Shown here piece after piece: positions 14,192-26,675 of a DNA stretch of 64,000 nucleotides. The stretch comes from Tricharina praecox. Taxonomy: Eukaryota. The translations under genes and the position numbers were made by a program. The stretch spans positions 558,001-622,000 of the forward strand of contig NW_026250410.1 in assembly GCF_024521635.1 (NCBI RefSeq), in the 5' to 3' direction. Position 1 is the first letter of the stretch, and each line of letters starts with the position of its first letter. The notes below the pieces were generated by a model. It saw only the letters and a program-made list of their open reading frames with translations. It was not told the origin of the DNA and ran no database searches.

Positions 14192-15110
14192 CTAGACCCA
14201 CAGACAGCCGACCAGGCCCAGCCCAGTCAAGCCTACACCGACCCACCAGATCTGGTCCGCATTGATATCGTCCGCCTTCTTCAGAGCCTTGGGCAGGAAA
14301 TCCCTCTTCCTCAGCTTCCCCTTATCTTTGCTCGCCGTGGTGGCGGTCGGCAGCGGGTGCAGCGTCGTCGTGGGTAACATCTGCGGTGGTGTGTATTCCA
14401 AGTACATCGGATTCATTGGAGAGCCGTCGTGTTTGTACAGATTTAGCCGCTTCTTGTCGTGGTTTGTGTCCGTGAAGATTTCGTACCACTTTGTACATCA
14501 TTCCCGTCAGTCAGCGGAGCACGCGAGGAACCGGAGAGGAGAGGGGAAGAGGGAAGCAGACCTTGTACAGCTCCGTCTGGTTGTAGCGTGTAAAGATCGA
14601 CTTATCGTAGTTGCACGGGTCCGAGAACAACTGGCGGCCATCGATCTTTATCGGCGTGAGGATTAGGGAGCCGTTGGCATAGACTGTGTACTGGCCGTGC
14701 TGCCATTGTAGCATCGCCGTGGGACAACTCGGCTGGGTCGCTATCACCCAGTCAACATCAACTTCTCGAAGGCGCCTGGAAGTGGCAGGAACGCACGGTT
14801 TGATATAACGAGGTAGAGCGCCTCCTCGTAGTACCCGTCAGCCGTAAACGAGAAGGAGCTTCCGGGCAAACGCGGTTCTTTCATCAGCTCCGCGACCGGA
14901 TCGTAAAAGTCCTACGCGCTGCGTTATCAGCGGCCAATCTTCGTTTCGCCACCACCGTACGGATAGGACACATACTGGACCTGTCAAGACGGTTCTTGAT
15001 TTTGACGACCAAGTGCCGACCAGGAGTGGATCGGAAACAGCGGTTGTTTGTGCATTTGCGGTGGAAGCCAGTACTACCAGTAGCAGCGACGAAGCTATCG
15101 AGGGAATCAT
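14192..15110 (-). CDS. ROT1: ER chaperone Rot1
   Basis: Signal peptide, LVGTWSSKSRTVLTGPDFYDP..SFTADGYYEEALY..PSCPTAMLQWQHG..GSLILTPI..DGRQLFSDPC..PPQMLPT, C-terminal TM helix; 3 introns. Confidence 0.93.
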
Positions 15111-15566
15111 GGTTGCTGTACAGAGTGTTCTATCGTATCGATGGGTTGTGTTTGGGGAAATGGTTTTGAGAGCTCAGTGGGATAGCTGTAGGTAACAGGG
15201 TCAACGTCGTCGTCGTTGCCAAGCTTCACGCAGCATTACCCCCTGTCACTCATCCCGCTCGCCAACCGTTTTGGACTAGTCAAGCATTATACTCACCTCA
15301 TCGCGGCCCGCACTCCAACCTAAACGGCAAATTCTTATCTCCTCCCTCCTCGTCCCACTCTGTAGATATGTGGCGAACGCGTGTACTCTACGATGGACAG
15401 ACAAGATCACCAGCGAATAAATGAGGTAACAGATCAAAAGGTCGCCGCTAAAAAAACCCCGAATTCCATTCGTAAAAATCCCATCACGAAATGCAACAGT
15501 CTCGAAAAAAAAACAATAGCTCGACAATTATTAAATGATAGTATCGTCACTTCAGTGATGTTCCCT

Positions 15567-17498
15567 TTACTCCTCCACAACCTTCTCCTTCCTCTCCTTG
15601 ATAACCAAATCCTTGCCCTCGACGCGCTTGTAGATGTCCTTGACGTCGTCTGCGAGATGGTCAGTCAAACTGTTAAACATCGAGTACGGAATTGGGAATA
15701 CACACCTGTGCAGGTCTCAAAGTGGGTGGTTGCGTCGTAACTGCGAGAGATGAAGACGTTGTCCCTGGTGCCATCCTCGATGGGCTCATACAGGTCGACA
15801 ACCTGGATGAACTTCTCCTCCTTCTCACCGAGGCGGCCGGATGCAAGACCCAGACGCTCGAAACCGGGCTCGAGCTCCGAATGGGGGTTGCCACCGTCGG
15901 GATTCTCGATCATGGTCGACACACTGGCAAGGTAGTGACCCTTGGGGCAGACATTGAAGACCGAAGACAGCACCGAGATGTAGATGTCGTTCTTGCGACC
16001 CATCTGGGAGGCGGGAATGATGATCTGCGCAGATTCGGCGCCGTCGGTTCCCTCGACGGGGTGCTGGAGCACACAGATTGCCCGGACGAGCTGGCCAACC
16101 TTGCGGATTCTGTTCTCCTCGCCGAGGAAGTAGGTGGGGTCGGCAATGACCTTCTTGGTCTTGACGACGGTGTCCTCCTTGGTAATGGGGTGGGGGAAAC
16201 GGACACCGGAAACCTTGCCATCATCACCGTAGAGGATCTCCTTGAGAGGAGTGTTCAAGGCGTAGGTACCTCCGTAGACGGCAGACAAGAACGAGAAACG
16301 CTCGGGGAGCTCGCCGAGACCGTAGAGGGGGAAGATGTAAGGCGAGTTTCCGAAACGGGCCATGGACTTGACGTAAAGGATGATACGCTCGATGGGCTCA
16401 CGAGCGGGCTTGTCGAGGTAGGAGTCCTCAGCGTACAGGGCCATGGCGTGACCAATGAACTCGGAAGTCCAGGCATCGAGACCGAAGATCTCGTACGCCT
16501 CCTTCATGGTGTTCTGGTCCAAGTTCAGACCTAGTAGAGTCAGCATCAACCCAGTGCTGCTGCATCTTGGCGGCGTTCGTACCTTTCTTGTGGGTGGTAG
16601 GGTCATCCTCCTTGTAGCTGGCAATGAACTGCAGGAAGTTCTGCATGTAGTACTTCTGCATGGCAGAAACAAGGGGGGAGGTGACGGCCTGGCCACGTGT
16701 CGAGGGGACCCTGCTGGGCACACCCTTCTTGACGACGAAACTGCCGTGAACGGAGAGGAGGTCGATGTACTGGGTGACACCGGTTTGGTGAAGAATCCGG
16801 GTCAACTCTCCATCGGCCATGAGGAACTTGGGAGTCAACGAGATGTGCCACTGGTTCCAAGCACGGGCATCCTTTCCGAACACCTCAGGAGGGTTCGGTC
16901 CGACCTGCTCGGGCCTGGGGGCCTTGGGGGCGGCCTTGTAGTTGTCGTCGCCGGCCGCCTTAGCAGCAGCCCGACGCTTCTCCTCGGATTCACGCTCCTC
17001 GTTCTCGAGCCTTTCGATCTCCTTCTTGCGTTCCTCCTCTTTTCTGCGCTGGTCCTCGGTCCATCTGAACTTCTTCCACATCTAGAGCCGGAAGTCAGCA
17101 GCTTATACGTAGGTAATCCACGCCACCAAGGTAACTGACATCGAACATGTTCAAGCTCGCACTCTCACTGTGATGATAGTGGTCAGCATAAGCTCCTCAT
17201 CACCCCCATCATGCATTGTCAAATAAAAAGGGATGAACATACCCGCCATAGTAGGAGTTGGCATCGATGTTGAGCACCTTCTTGCCCTCGGAACCGAAGA
17301 CACTACATTGCCAGCGTCAGTTACTGTGGCGATGGAAGCTCTGTTCGATGGAGATGAAAGTACCCAGAAAGAATGCATTCCGTCAGACCTGAAGTTTGAG
17401 CATTATGTTAGCTTTAGCTATCCGTTTTAGGTGAGGGGAAGCTCCTGACCAGTTCCGACAACGACGACGTCGTACTCCTCGTTGAGATCTTCAGCCAT
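15567..17498 (-). CDS. GDI1: Rab GDP-dissociation inhibitor family protein, divergent; about 6 introns
   Basis: [85 protein letters not shown]. Family is clear; strict orthology to GDI1 is uncertain (see findings). Confidence 0.88.
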
Positions 17499-18925
17499 TG
17501 TTTAGAGAGGTGTTTTGGAGATGGAAGGGTGAGTTGATGTTTTTGCTGATGGAGAGATGGAGATCGTGTATCGTGAAGGAGGATGGAAGGGGGAGGTTTG
17601 AAGAAGCGGAGACAGACAGCACAAATGCCAGCGCTCAGGCACAGTTCAGAGGCGGAAAGGTGGGGTTGCCCATTAGGATCCACGCCTTCCCTGTTTTGCA
17701 GCTTGGCAGCGCACCAGCCACCCAGGTCTACACCACCCTTCTAACCAACACCGACGAAGTATCGCCGCCCGCGGAAATGAACTTGAGGTTAAGTCGGAAA
17801 CCCCAATGTCTTTTGGGCTACGTGTAGACCACGGTCGGCTAGTCCCGCGTGGCAGATTCGCGATCTGACCACATCACCTTCATTTCCATCAAAGCTCTGA
17901 TATCCGAGAACTCGTTAGGTGCAAGTACGGTCCGCACGGTGCACTCCGTGACTTCTTGATGGGTGCCGTCTACGCGGCGGCGAAGGAACGATGGTGGTTG
18001 TGGTGGCGGCGGTGGTGGAGGAAGTGTTCATCAATTAATAATCTCCATCGGCCAGCATCGAGATTCAGTCCGTATTGTGCAATTAATTGTGTATTATTAT
18101 TGTTATTATTGTTGTTATTATTGGAATTTTGTGCGAAATTCAAATCCCGTAAATTAGATAAATCATATTTTGCTACCGGTAGTTTTCGATCACCAAGGGA
18201 GAAGAATTAACCAGAAGAAGCGCGCAACCGGCTCACCTCGAGGGAAAAAATGGTGCTCGAACCCTCAGCACGGGACCCGATCTCTGCGACTGTGCCGCTT
18301 GGGATAGAGACAGTCTCGGGCCAGAAGGCCGGAGCACGACAAAGGAAGACATCCCGACGAATAGCCTCGCTCAGGTTGACGATGACTATCGAAAGCAGGA
18401 TAGCCTTGCTATAACCGGATAGTGAGGTGGATAGCTGTCTGCTCGAGCACTCACGAAGGAAACTCATGAGGTTGCGCTGTTTGGGAAACTTGAGGTCTGC
18501 AGGGTAATCCGTTCGCACAGCTCCACAGCTCGGCCAACCTCGGAGGCCCTTTGGAGATCGGGGTTTTCTCAGCGGCTGAAGAGCTAGAGTACCTAGCACG
18601 GGACCACGGGACCACGGATACGGGATCCAATGGATCCAATAGAAGCCTGGTGATGACACCGAACGGCATGATGGAGATTCATGGCAACAGTCCCGCTACC
18701 TATCATTCGTTAGTCGATTAGAACTGCAGCAGACCAAATTTCTAGGTTGGGTTACGCATCGATGGATTGAGACTGTATCGTAGGGGTTTGTTGATGACTG
18801 CCGTTCATTGAGAGATACAAAATTCGTTCCATCATCACATCATTCGACCCTAGCAGTGAAAAGACCACATGAGAACTGATGACTCCATTTGCCCGAACTC
18901 CCTAACTCCCTAACTCCCCAACACC

Positions 18926-19912
18926 CTAACTCCCCCCATTCTTATACCGAATCATATTGATCCCATCAAACGCGGGAACCAGCACATTCTCGAGCTCCTG
19001 ATGAGCCGCCACAAACTTATTAAACGCATCGATATGCTTCGACCTCCCGACCTGAGCCTGATTCTTCGCCGCAGGATTATTCTCCGTGTTTGCAACGAGC
19101 CCACGGTACAGCGTGTTGTCCGCAAAGATCACGCCATTGGGTGCCAATAGTTTCAGCGAGAGCACTTTCTGCAGGTACTCAATGTACCCTTCCTTGTTGG
19201 CGTCAATGAAGATCAGGTCGAATTGTCGGCCGGCGAGGGTGGTGATTCTATGTGGTTTTGCGAGCGTTAGGGAGGGGGGATGGGGGAGAAGGGGGAGGGG
19301 AGGAGGTACTCACGTTTCGCTCGCGGGGCCTTTGATTAGCTTGATCACCTTGTTGGTGTCCTGCTTTGCGAAGGTGGACTCGGCAAAGGTCGTGGCTACG
19401 TAGTCCAGGTCGAGGGTAACGACCTGTGAACGTTAGAACGGTGATCGGATGGATCATACATTGGGGATGAGGATACATACCTCGCCGTCGGGATAGTCGC
19501 TCACAGCACTGGCCCAGGCGAGTGCGGAGTAGCCAGTGAAGCAGCCAATCTCGAGGACTATATATCCAGACCCATTATTTCAGCATCACTCTCGTGCAGC
19601 TTTGCGAGCGCCTTGCTTGGGGCCTTTATCCACATACCCTTCTTGACACGGTGCATCTTTGCGATAAACACCATGAATTGAGCCTGCGAATCCATTAGTT
19701 TGATTCTTCCCGAATTCCACTTCGTGACGATGACTCACCTGGAGGGTATTGATCATCATGGCCGGATCCTGAGCCTCCCGCTGCGTGAACTCCAGAGTGT
19801 CATTGCGGTGCTGGTTAATGACCTCGCCGAGACCGGTGGAGTTGGCGATGGCATACTCGGTCACCGCCGCGGTGACTTCGGCATTGGGGAAGAGCTCGGT
19901 GGAGACGTGCAT
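18926..19912 (-). CDS. SAM-dependent O-methyltransferase, CCoAOMT/COMT-like (Methyltransf_3); about 4 introns
   Basis: VLEIGCFTGYSALAW, QFDLIFIDANKEGYIEY, LLAPNGVIFADNTLYRG, VLVPAFDGINMIR motifs across exons. Confidence 0.9.
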
Positions 19913-21183
19913 TGCTGGAGCTGCTTGATTCGAGGTTTGAATGGATCGGAGTTGAGAGGTGGAGGAGCTCTGGATATAAATACTCGTGCCGCCTTTGTAG
20001 TATGTACTACCTCTACAGTATGCCTATGCTACAAACATACGCAACTACATGTCGGTACACGTTTGCCGATGTCTAGACCGGCATGAACCTGCACTTAGGC
20101 GGGGTAAACAAGTTTGGATGCTGCACAGCATGGTGGATACGACGGCTATGCACATGAGGGTAATCAAGTTATATCCGCGATTCCTACATCCGTTACTGTA
20201 GATACTGTAGATACTTGCTCTAGAGTATAAAGAGTAAGATCCATTGATCTCGTCGCTCGTTTGGTGGAATATTTCTCCAGACTGCGGACTGCGGACGTCT
20301 GTGGATAACCCGGGAACCGACACCCCGCATTCCCGCGAAGGGCCGGTCCCCCTGTAGCTGTACTCCACTGCACACTACAGCACGCACGTTATCGATACAA
20401 GGTAAGCACATATCATCGGTTTACCTGCCACCACGGATGACAGATTAGAGAGCCATTTGTATCCTCAAAGAAGAAGTCGGGACAGATGTCAGAACGAGTA
20501 TGTATGGATTTTAATTTTCCGGTCAATGCGAACCCATGGCTAACCCGACGTCAGAGCTCTCACTCTTCGGCCCGCTTCCGAGAAAAGTCCCGTCCACTTC
20601 CCCGGATTGCTTTCCGGAACAAAGAAGTAGATACTTCATAGCATCCAGCTTTTAACCATGCCGGGATGGAGCCCCGGGGCAGATGATCCGGGGATATACC
20701 TCACACCCGTGTGCGTGGCCATTACGCCTCTCGGGTTTCACACAGATTGTCGCAGCGTCACAGCCGGTCACCATCCTGGTTGCCGAGTGGCCGTCCGATC
20801 GGAGTCCTCGGGCCTTGAGAAGTTGGGAGATCTGGCACTGATCGGCAGGACTCCCGTGGGGAATCTTGGATGGGCTTCGTTCATATACACCATACGTTGG
20901 ATGTTAGGAGCGGTAGGAGCGGGCCGGCTGGTCCCCCTGTCATGAACGCCGCCTCGTCGGACCGCAAAAAGGCTGGGGGAATTGTGTTGCAAAGATGGAC
21001 AGTGTCAACAGGTATCATGTAGAGATGTTGGACCATAGATAGGAAGAAAGTCGGCGGATTGGAGGTGTTTAAATACGACGTAGATTCCGTAGATATCTGT
21101 TTCGGTCCACCACCACCATCGTCTGGCACAACGTTCTTTACACACACCCTCTCTATCTGCACGACCGAAACTTGACACGCACA

Positions 21184-22817
21184 ATGTTTGCAAAGACCCC
21201 ATCAGCCCTTTCGTTCCTCGGCCTCGGTATGTTTCTCGGATACCTATATCTTTAAAACTACACATTCTGATACGTAGCAGTGGCCGCGGTGACCGCCCAA
21301 TCCTCGACACCCTACACAGACTGGGCCACGGGGATTGCCTTCCAGTCCTACCAGTCCGCTCGGGACGGCTTTGCCTTCGGCATTGCGGTTCCCGAGTCTC
21401 CCACCGATGAGTTTATCGGCCAGCTGGTTTGTTCTGTCCACCATGGGTATATGCCACAGCGCCTGCTAATGCGCCTCCCTACCACAGTCAGCGCCAATCA
21501 CGGGCTGGGCCGGTGTCAGCTTCGGCGGAGGAATGCTGGACAACCTCCTCCTAACCGCCTGGTCCAACAACGGCGAGATCGTCCGGGCCTTCCGCATGGC
21601 CGAGTGAGTCCCCCAAATTCCAATCCCCCCTCCCGTTCCACTAACATTTCGCAGGTCATACGCCCTCCCAACCGCCTACACGTCCACCACCCCGGAGCTC
21701 ACGGCACTGACCTGCGGCACCTCGGTGAACGAAACACACTTCACCCTGACATTCACATGCAAGAACTGCCAGACGTGGACGACATCTTCGAACACGACGG
21801 GGGGCTTCGATCTCACGGGCGAGACCGCCGTGATGGGGTGGGCGTATGGGGCCGACGCACCGACGGACCCCGCAGATCCCGAGAGTGATATCACGCAGCA
21901 CACTTCTTTCGGGCAATTTGGAATGCTGCTTTCCAGCGCGAGGAGTGCGGATTATGACTCGTGGAAGGAGTGCGCTGCGGATGGAGACGCAGGTGACGGT
22001 GGTGACGGTGGTGCTGTGGCGTCGAGTGCCGTGGTGACGGAGGTGCCGATCGTGGGGACTGAAACGCCTGTGACTTCGGCCGTCGTGTCGACGGCGCCCA
22101 CTGATACTGTGCCGGCTGTGGGGACGGAGACGGTACCCGTACCGGTACCGACCAACGCGGCTTCGGCGGCAGATCCCTCGGCTGTACCCACCGGAGGAAT
22201 TCCGGTTGATACAGCAACAGCTGTACCGGTAGACTCAACCGCCACGCCTATTCCCACAGGAGTAGCACCCCCAGTGGACACAACCGCAGCTCCGGCCGTT
22301 CCAGTCGACACCACAGCTGCACCAGTGGACTCAACCGCCACGGCTATTCCCACCGGAGTAGCACCCCCAGTGGACACAACCGCAGCTCCGGCCGTTCCAG
22401 TCGACACCACAGCTCTACCGGTAGGCTCAACCGCCACGCCTATTCCCACAGGTGTAGCACCTCCGGTCGACTCCACAGCCGTCGCACCACCCGTTGACAC
22501 GACCGCCCCACCCGTCGACCCAACCGCCGTCCCCACCGCCGCCCCCTCGCAGCCCACCCAGCCAACCGAGCCAGGGACAACCGCCGTCGTCCCCACAGCC
22601 GCGCCAAGCGGCGGCACGACCGGCGGCCTCCCACAATACTCGCAGTGCGGCGGCAAGACGTACACGGGGGCGACCGAGTGTGCGTCTCCGTTCACTTGCA
22701 AGGAATCTAACGGTACGTACTCTACACACTTTCCCCGTCCATTGATAGGTACTCCCCGATACTCTACTCAAGCTGACTGTGATTCCGCACAAAGATTGGT
22801 ACTCGCAGTGCTTGTGA
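21184..22817 (+). CDS. Secreted CDH-type cytochrome b (AA8) domain + Pro/Thr linker + CBM1 protein, no dehydrogenase domain
   Basis: Signal peptide; YTDWATGIAF..FGIAVP..EFIGQL..GWAGVSFGGGM(heme Met)..VNETHFTLTFTCKNCQTW..MGWAYG..ITQH(heme His); long P/T/A/V linker; [33 protein letters not shown] (CBM1, split by an intron). Confidence 0.92.
22226..22480 (+). repeat. 96-bp (32-aa) coding tandem repeat, about 2.6 copies, in the AA8-CBM1 linker
   Basis: Unit PVDSTATPIPTGVAPPVDTTAAPAVPVDTTAA repeated with high nucleotide identity. Confidence 0.9.
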
Positions 22818-23296
22818 GCGTGTGGCCGAGTGATAAATTGTGTTTTGCAAACTATGTAGCAGGATTATGGATGGATGGAATATATTTCTTTCTAATTTTA
22901 CGTCGCTTGCGGGCACTGGTGATAAAGTAAACGAGCAACCGAGCAATCACTCAATCCTAGACCGACTGCGATATCATATGACGACGACGACTCCGTGCTA
23001 AACCCGTAACTGCCACCGGACAGAACGATGGCGGGCCGTGAAACATTCACGGCACGGATGAATCATGATTCATGAGGCCATATGTGTGCACCTGGTGGGC
23101 AGATATCTAGAGGTAGGGCATGCTCAAGTTGATGTTGATAGCAGCGTAGATATACGTATACTTATGCGTGTGCGTAGGTACTTTATGTACTCGCATCGCA
23201 TCGAAACCAAACCGAACCGGACAATGCTTCAGTGCATACGGTAATGACAGAACGACCCGTCTCTGGGTCTTTTCCCTTCCCTTCCCTCCGAAGCGC

Positions 23297-23364
23297 AAAA
23301 CCCCCAAACCCCAAACCCCAAACCCCAAAACCCAAACCCCAAACCCCAAACCCAAACCCAAAAC
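23297..23364. repeat. (CCCCAAA)n-type microsatellite, about 10 imperfect units
   Basis: Directly visible; abuts the stop codon of the minus-strand gene. Confidence 0.9.
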
Positions 23365-24161
23365 CTAGGCGACCTGAGCCATAGCCGGCCTCCTCGTGTA
23401 CGGATCCCCGCCTGCGCCGGCGCCGGCATGTCCCTGACCATCCCACGCCCGCCAGTGCTTCTCGGTCATGTTCCTCATGCGCATCTCAAAGTTCCGTGCG
23501 CGCATGAGTACAAAGATCATCTGGAACGTGACGAGTAATAGAACACTGCCGCTTCAATCAGCCCCATCCACAGCACACCCCCACCCACATCCCCCGCTAT
23601 CAAAGAAGAAGGAAGAGGAGGAACCTACCACTGCACCACCGCCATCCCAAACACGCCCCTAAGGCCGGTGCACTCCCCTCGCTCGCCCTCGTCCCTGCGC
23701 ACCATCATCGCCATCCCATCGTCCCCCCGCGTGCTCCCCTCGCCGCTCAACCACTGATCGCACGTATAGCTCGCGGTGACGCCGCGGGTCATGATCGCCG
23801 TCACGACAAAGCCGCAGCAGCACGCCAGGTCGCAGATCGCCAGCCATGTGCGCTCGTGCGCGAACCAGGTGAATACTGCGCCTGCTAGGGCTTGGATTAT
23901 GGATACCGAAGTCTAACGGGAGGTTAGCGGGGGGTGTGGAGCGAAGGTGGGGGGAAAGGGAGGGAGGGGGCGTACGAAGGCCAGCAGGAGGATCAGCTCG
24001 GGCTTTGGCGTGGCGCTCCACGAGGTCGCGAGCAGCCGCACGAAGACGCCCGCGATTGTGAGTGAGAGGAGCACTTGTAGTGCCCGTAGGACAAGCGTCG
24101 CGTAGAACTTCTTGGGCGACCGCGCCCGCGTGGAGATTGTGGTTACTGATTTCGTGGACAT
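23365..24161 (-). CDS. Small multi-pass membrane protein (MARVEL-like topology), 2 introns
   Basis: MSTKSV..LVLRALQVLLSLTIAGVFV (TM1), further hydrophobic helices across exons, canonical splice signals; exact exon ends are uncertain. Confidence 0.6.
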
Positions 24162-24599
24162 GTTGGCTGGGCTGGGCTGGGCTGGTGATATCGTGTGAAG
24201 CGAGGAAGTGAAGATAAGTGAAGTGAAGTACCGTAAACAAATGAACGAACGGATGAATGACGCCTGCGCCGAAGAAGTAGAAGATGGTGGTGATGGTGAT
24301 GAAACGAAAGTCGGGCGCTGCTCGAGTATTTTTATCGCTACGGCTCCTCCAGTTCTGGGCCGCTCCGCAGAACGCAGGACGTCGCGGGTGCTTAAGTATC
24401 TATGCCGGGTACATATCAATGCCATGTATGTAGAGTAGGTATCGCATCACCCCTTCCCCCTGTACATACCCACGCAAAGTGCTTGGTTACCCCGTTCCAG
24501 CGTGAAACACCCTCAGGGGGACGCAGCCGTGTCGCTGGGCCACTCAGCAAGAACGAAGCCACACCCTCGTGACGCCGGTTCTTCACCTCCCATTCCTCC

Positions 24600-24686
24600 T
24601 CCCTCCCTTCCCTTCCCTTCCCCATCCCCATCCCCTTCCTTGAAGCCCCCTTCCCTTCCCTTCCCTTCCCTTCCCTTCCCTTCCCT
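24600..24686. repeat. (CCCTT)n microsatellite
   Basis: Directly visible pentanucleotide run. Confidence 0.85.
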
Positions 24687-25836
24687 TTAGACTGCATCTG
24701 CAGATCGCGGGGATGACCTGCATATCGATACTCCGACCGACGGACTGTCGTGTTGATCCCGACTTCTTCGGCGCGGGGGGGAGGCGGGATGGGCGAGGGA
24801 GAACCCTGAATTTCTAAGAGTGCCCTACGTTTCGTTTCAACTCTTTTGGACGGACCAGCTAAAGGAAGGCTGACGTCGTGATCGCCGTCGGTCGGGCTCG
24901 GAAGATTTCCCCGGACGCGGACTCTCCGGACTCTCCTCTGCAGACACCACTCCCCTTCCATTCCAAGTTCCTCTTCAGCCCGTGTCCACTACGTCCTAGT
25001 AGCTGACCGGCTGGCGGCTGCAGAGTTCTTGCCGTCAGCCAGGGCACGCCAGTGCAGGCCAGGCCAGGGCAGGACAGGACAGGCCAGGGCGGCCCCGCAA
25101 CAGACCGCGTTTCGGATTAAACCCAGTCGCGCCGCGCCGCTCCGCCTCTGGAGTCTGCGCGCGGAAAGCGCTGATTGGCTGGTTGGCTGGCTGGTTAGCT
25201 GCGATGTGCTGAAGCTCTCTGCCCGATGTCACGATAACGCCACTGATTATGCGATAACCAAGTATCGGAGGCTGAGGGGTGCACAATGCACATTCCACCT
25301 CCTGGCTCTCGGCTCCCAGAGCGCTTGCTGCGCTCGCCACTGCAAGAGACAAGAGACAAGAGACTTCCTGCAAACAGCCGCATTGTTAGGCATTGCTTCA
25401 GCTTGGCCGCAACCGGCGCGGAACATCGTTATTCCACACGCAGGCCGGACGCAACACCTGCTTTATTATGGCATGCGGTATGTATGATAACAACAGTTAC
25501 TCGGGCGCTATCATAGCACAATGCACATAGAGTACCGACCGCCATAGCACGGCCCAGACCACGACACAATCGCCAATCGTGCTCCTTTGACTGGACGATA
25601 TTACTCGAGCCCTTTGTACTAGCCATCATAGCAGCGCCTTTTGCCATCAACAGCAGCGCCTTTTGCCATCAGCACTATCAACTTCCCCATGTTCACCCGC
25701 ATTCCCCCTCCGATATCATCCTTCACCGCTACTCCACCGCAGATAAAACGACAACGATGTCTTCCCTCCCTCCTCCGCCGTCGCAAAATCAAAATCAAAA
25801 TCGCAGCACCAACCACGGCCCCGCAAACGCAAATCA

Positions 25837-26675
25837 ATGGAACTCGACACCTGCGCCCCCTCCACCACCTCCACAGGAGCGCATACTCCCTCCCTCCCCC
25901 CCCTGGCACCTCTCCACCCGTTCACCGTGACCGCGCTCCCCGGCAAAGGGCTGGCACTTCTCGCCACCTCGTTCATCCCAACCGGAACACACCTCTTCTC
26001 AGAATCACCGTTACTCCTGTTAACCTCCTCGTCCTCGCACGCGCTCCCGCAATCAACGCGGGTACTGGCGGGGTTCTCGCTGCTCCCGCCGGCGCCGCGC
26101 GCCGCGCTGCTGGCACTGTGCTCGAATCTGCCGCTGATACCGGTGCCCACTGACGAGTCCACCGCCCTCGCCGTCTGGAAGGCGAATAATTTCTGCTTGG
26201 ATAGTGAGGGCACCGTTAATGGCGTCTTTGCACTCGCCGCGAGACTGAATCATGCTTGTGTTGGTGGCGAGAATTGTAGGTGGGTTTGGGTTGCGGATGG
26301 GGAGGGCGAAGGCAAGGGGGAGGACGGCGGGGAGGGGGAAGGGGAGGCGGAGAGAGGGCAGATTCAGTTCTGGACGGATAGGGATATCGCGGTACGTTTC
26401 CCCCCCCTCGACGAAGGCTCCGGTGCGTTGAGGACTACGCAGGCAGTCTCTGCTATTCTACCACCGTCCCATACTGGAGCATACAGCAAGTGGTGGACAG
26501 CAGGACATAGGAACTGATAACCGCCCCGTGCTTGGAACAGGTGGGGGAGGAACTAACGCACTGCTACCGGCCCGACTGGCGGATGGGCACCGTCAATCGG
26601 CGAGCGGCGCTGTCGGAAGAGTACGGCTTCGACTGTGGATGCACTACGTGCGAGGAGCCCGAGGTCGATGATTGA
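25837..26675 (+). CDS. SET-domain protein (fungal SET5/SMYD-like lysine methyltransferase), 1 intron
   Basis: PGKGLALLAT..IPTGT..ESPL; KANNF; GVF..AARLNHAC..NC; RDIA|VGEELTHCY; YGFDCGCTTC post-SET motif; intron 26392-26540. Confidence 0.88.

Noticed and set aside
18207..18659. 150-aa minus-strand ORF between GDI and OMT (also ORFs at 8694-9164, 31601-32104, 43764-44498 and 44822-45462)
   Set aside because: No recognisable motifs, codon bias or consistent gene structure; decayed genes cannot be excluded without a homology search.
20575..20700. GAAAAGTCCCG resembling the RNase P/MRP CR-I motif
   Set aside because: No matching CR-V/P4 partner found downstream; lies in a protein-gene promoter.
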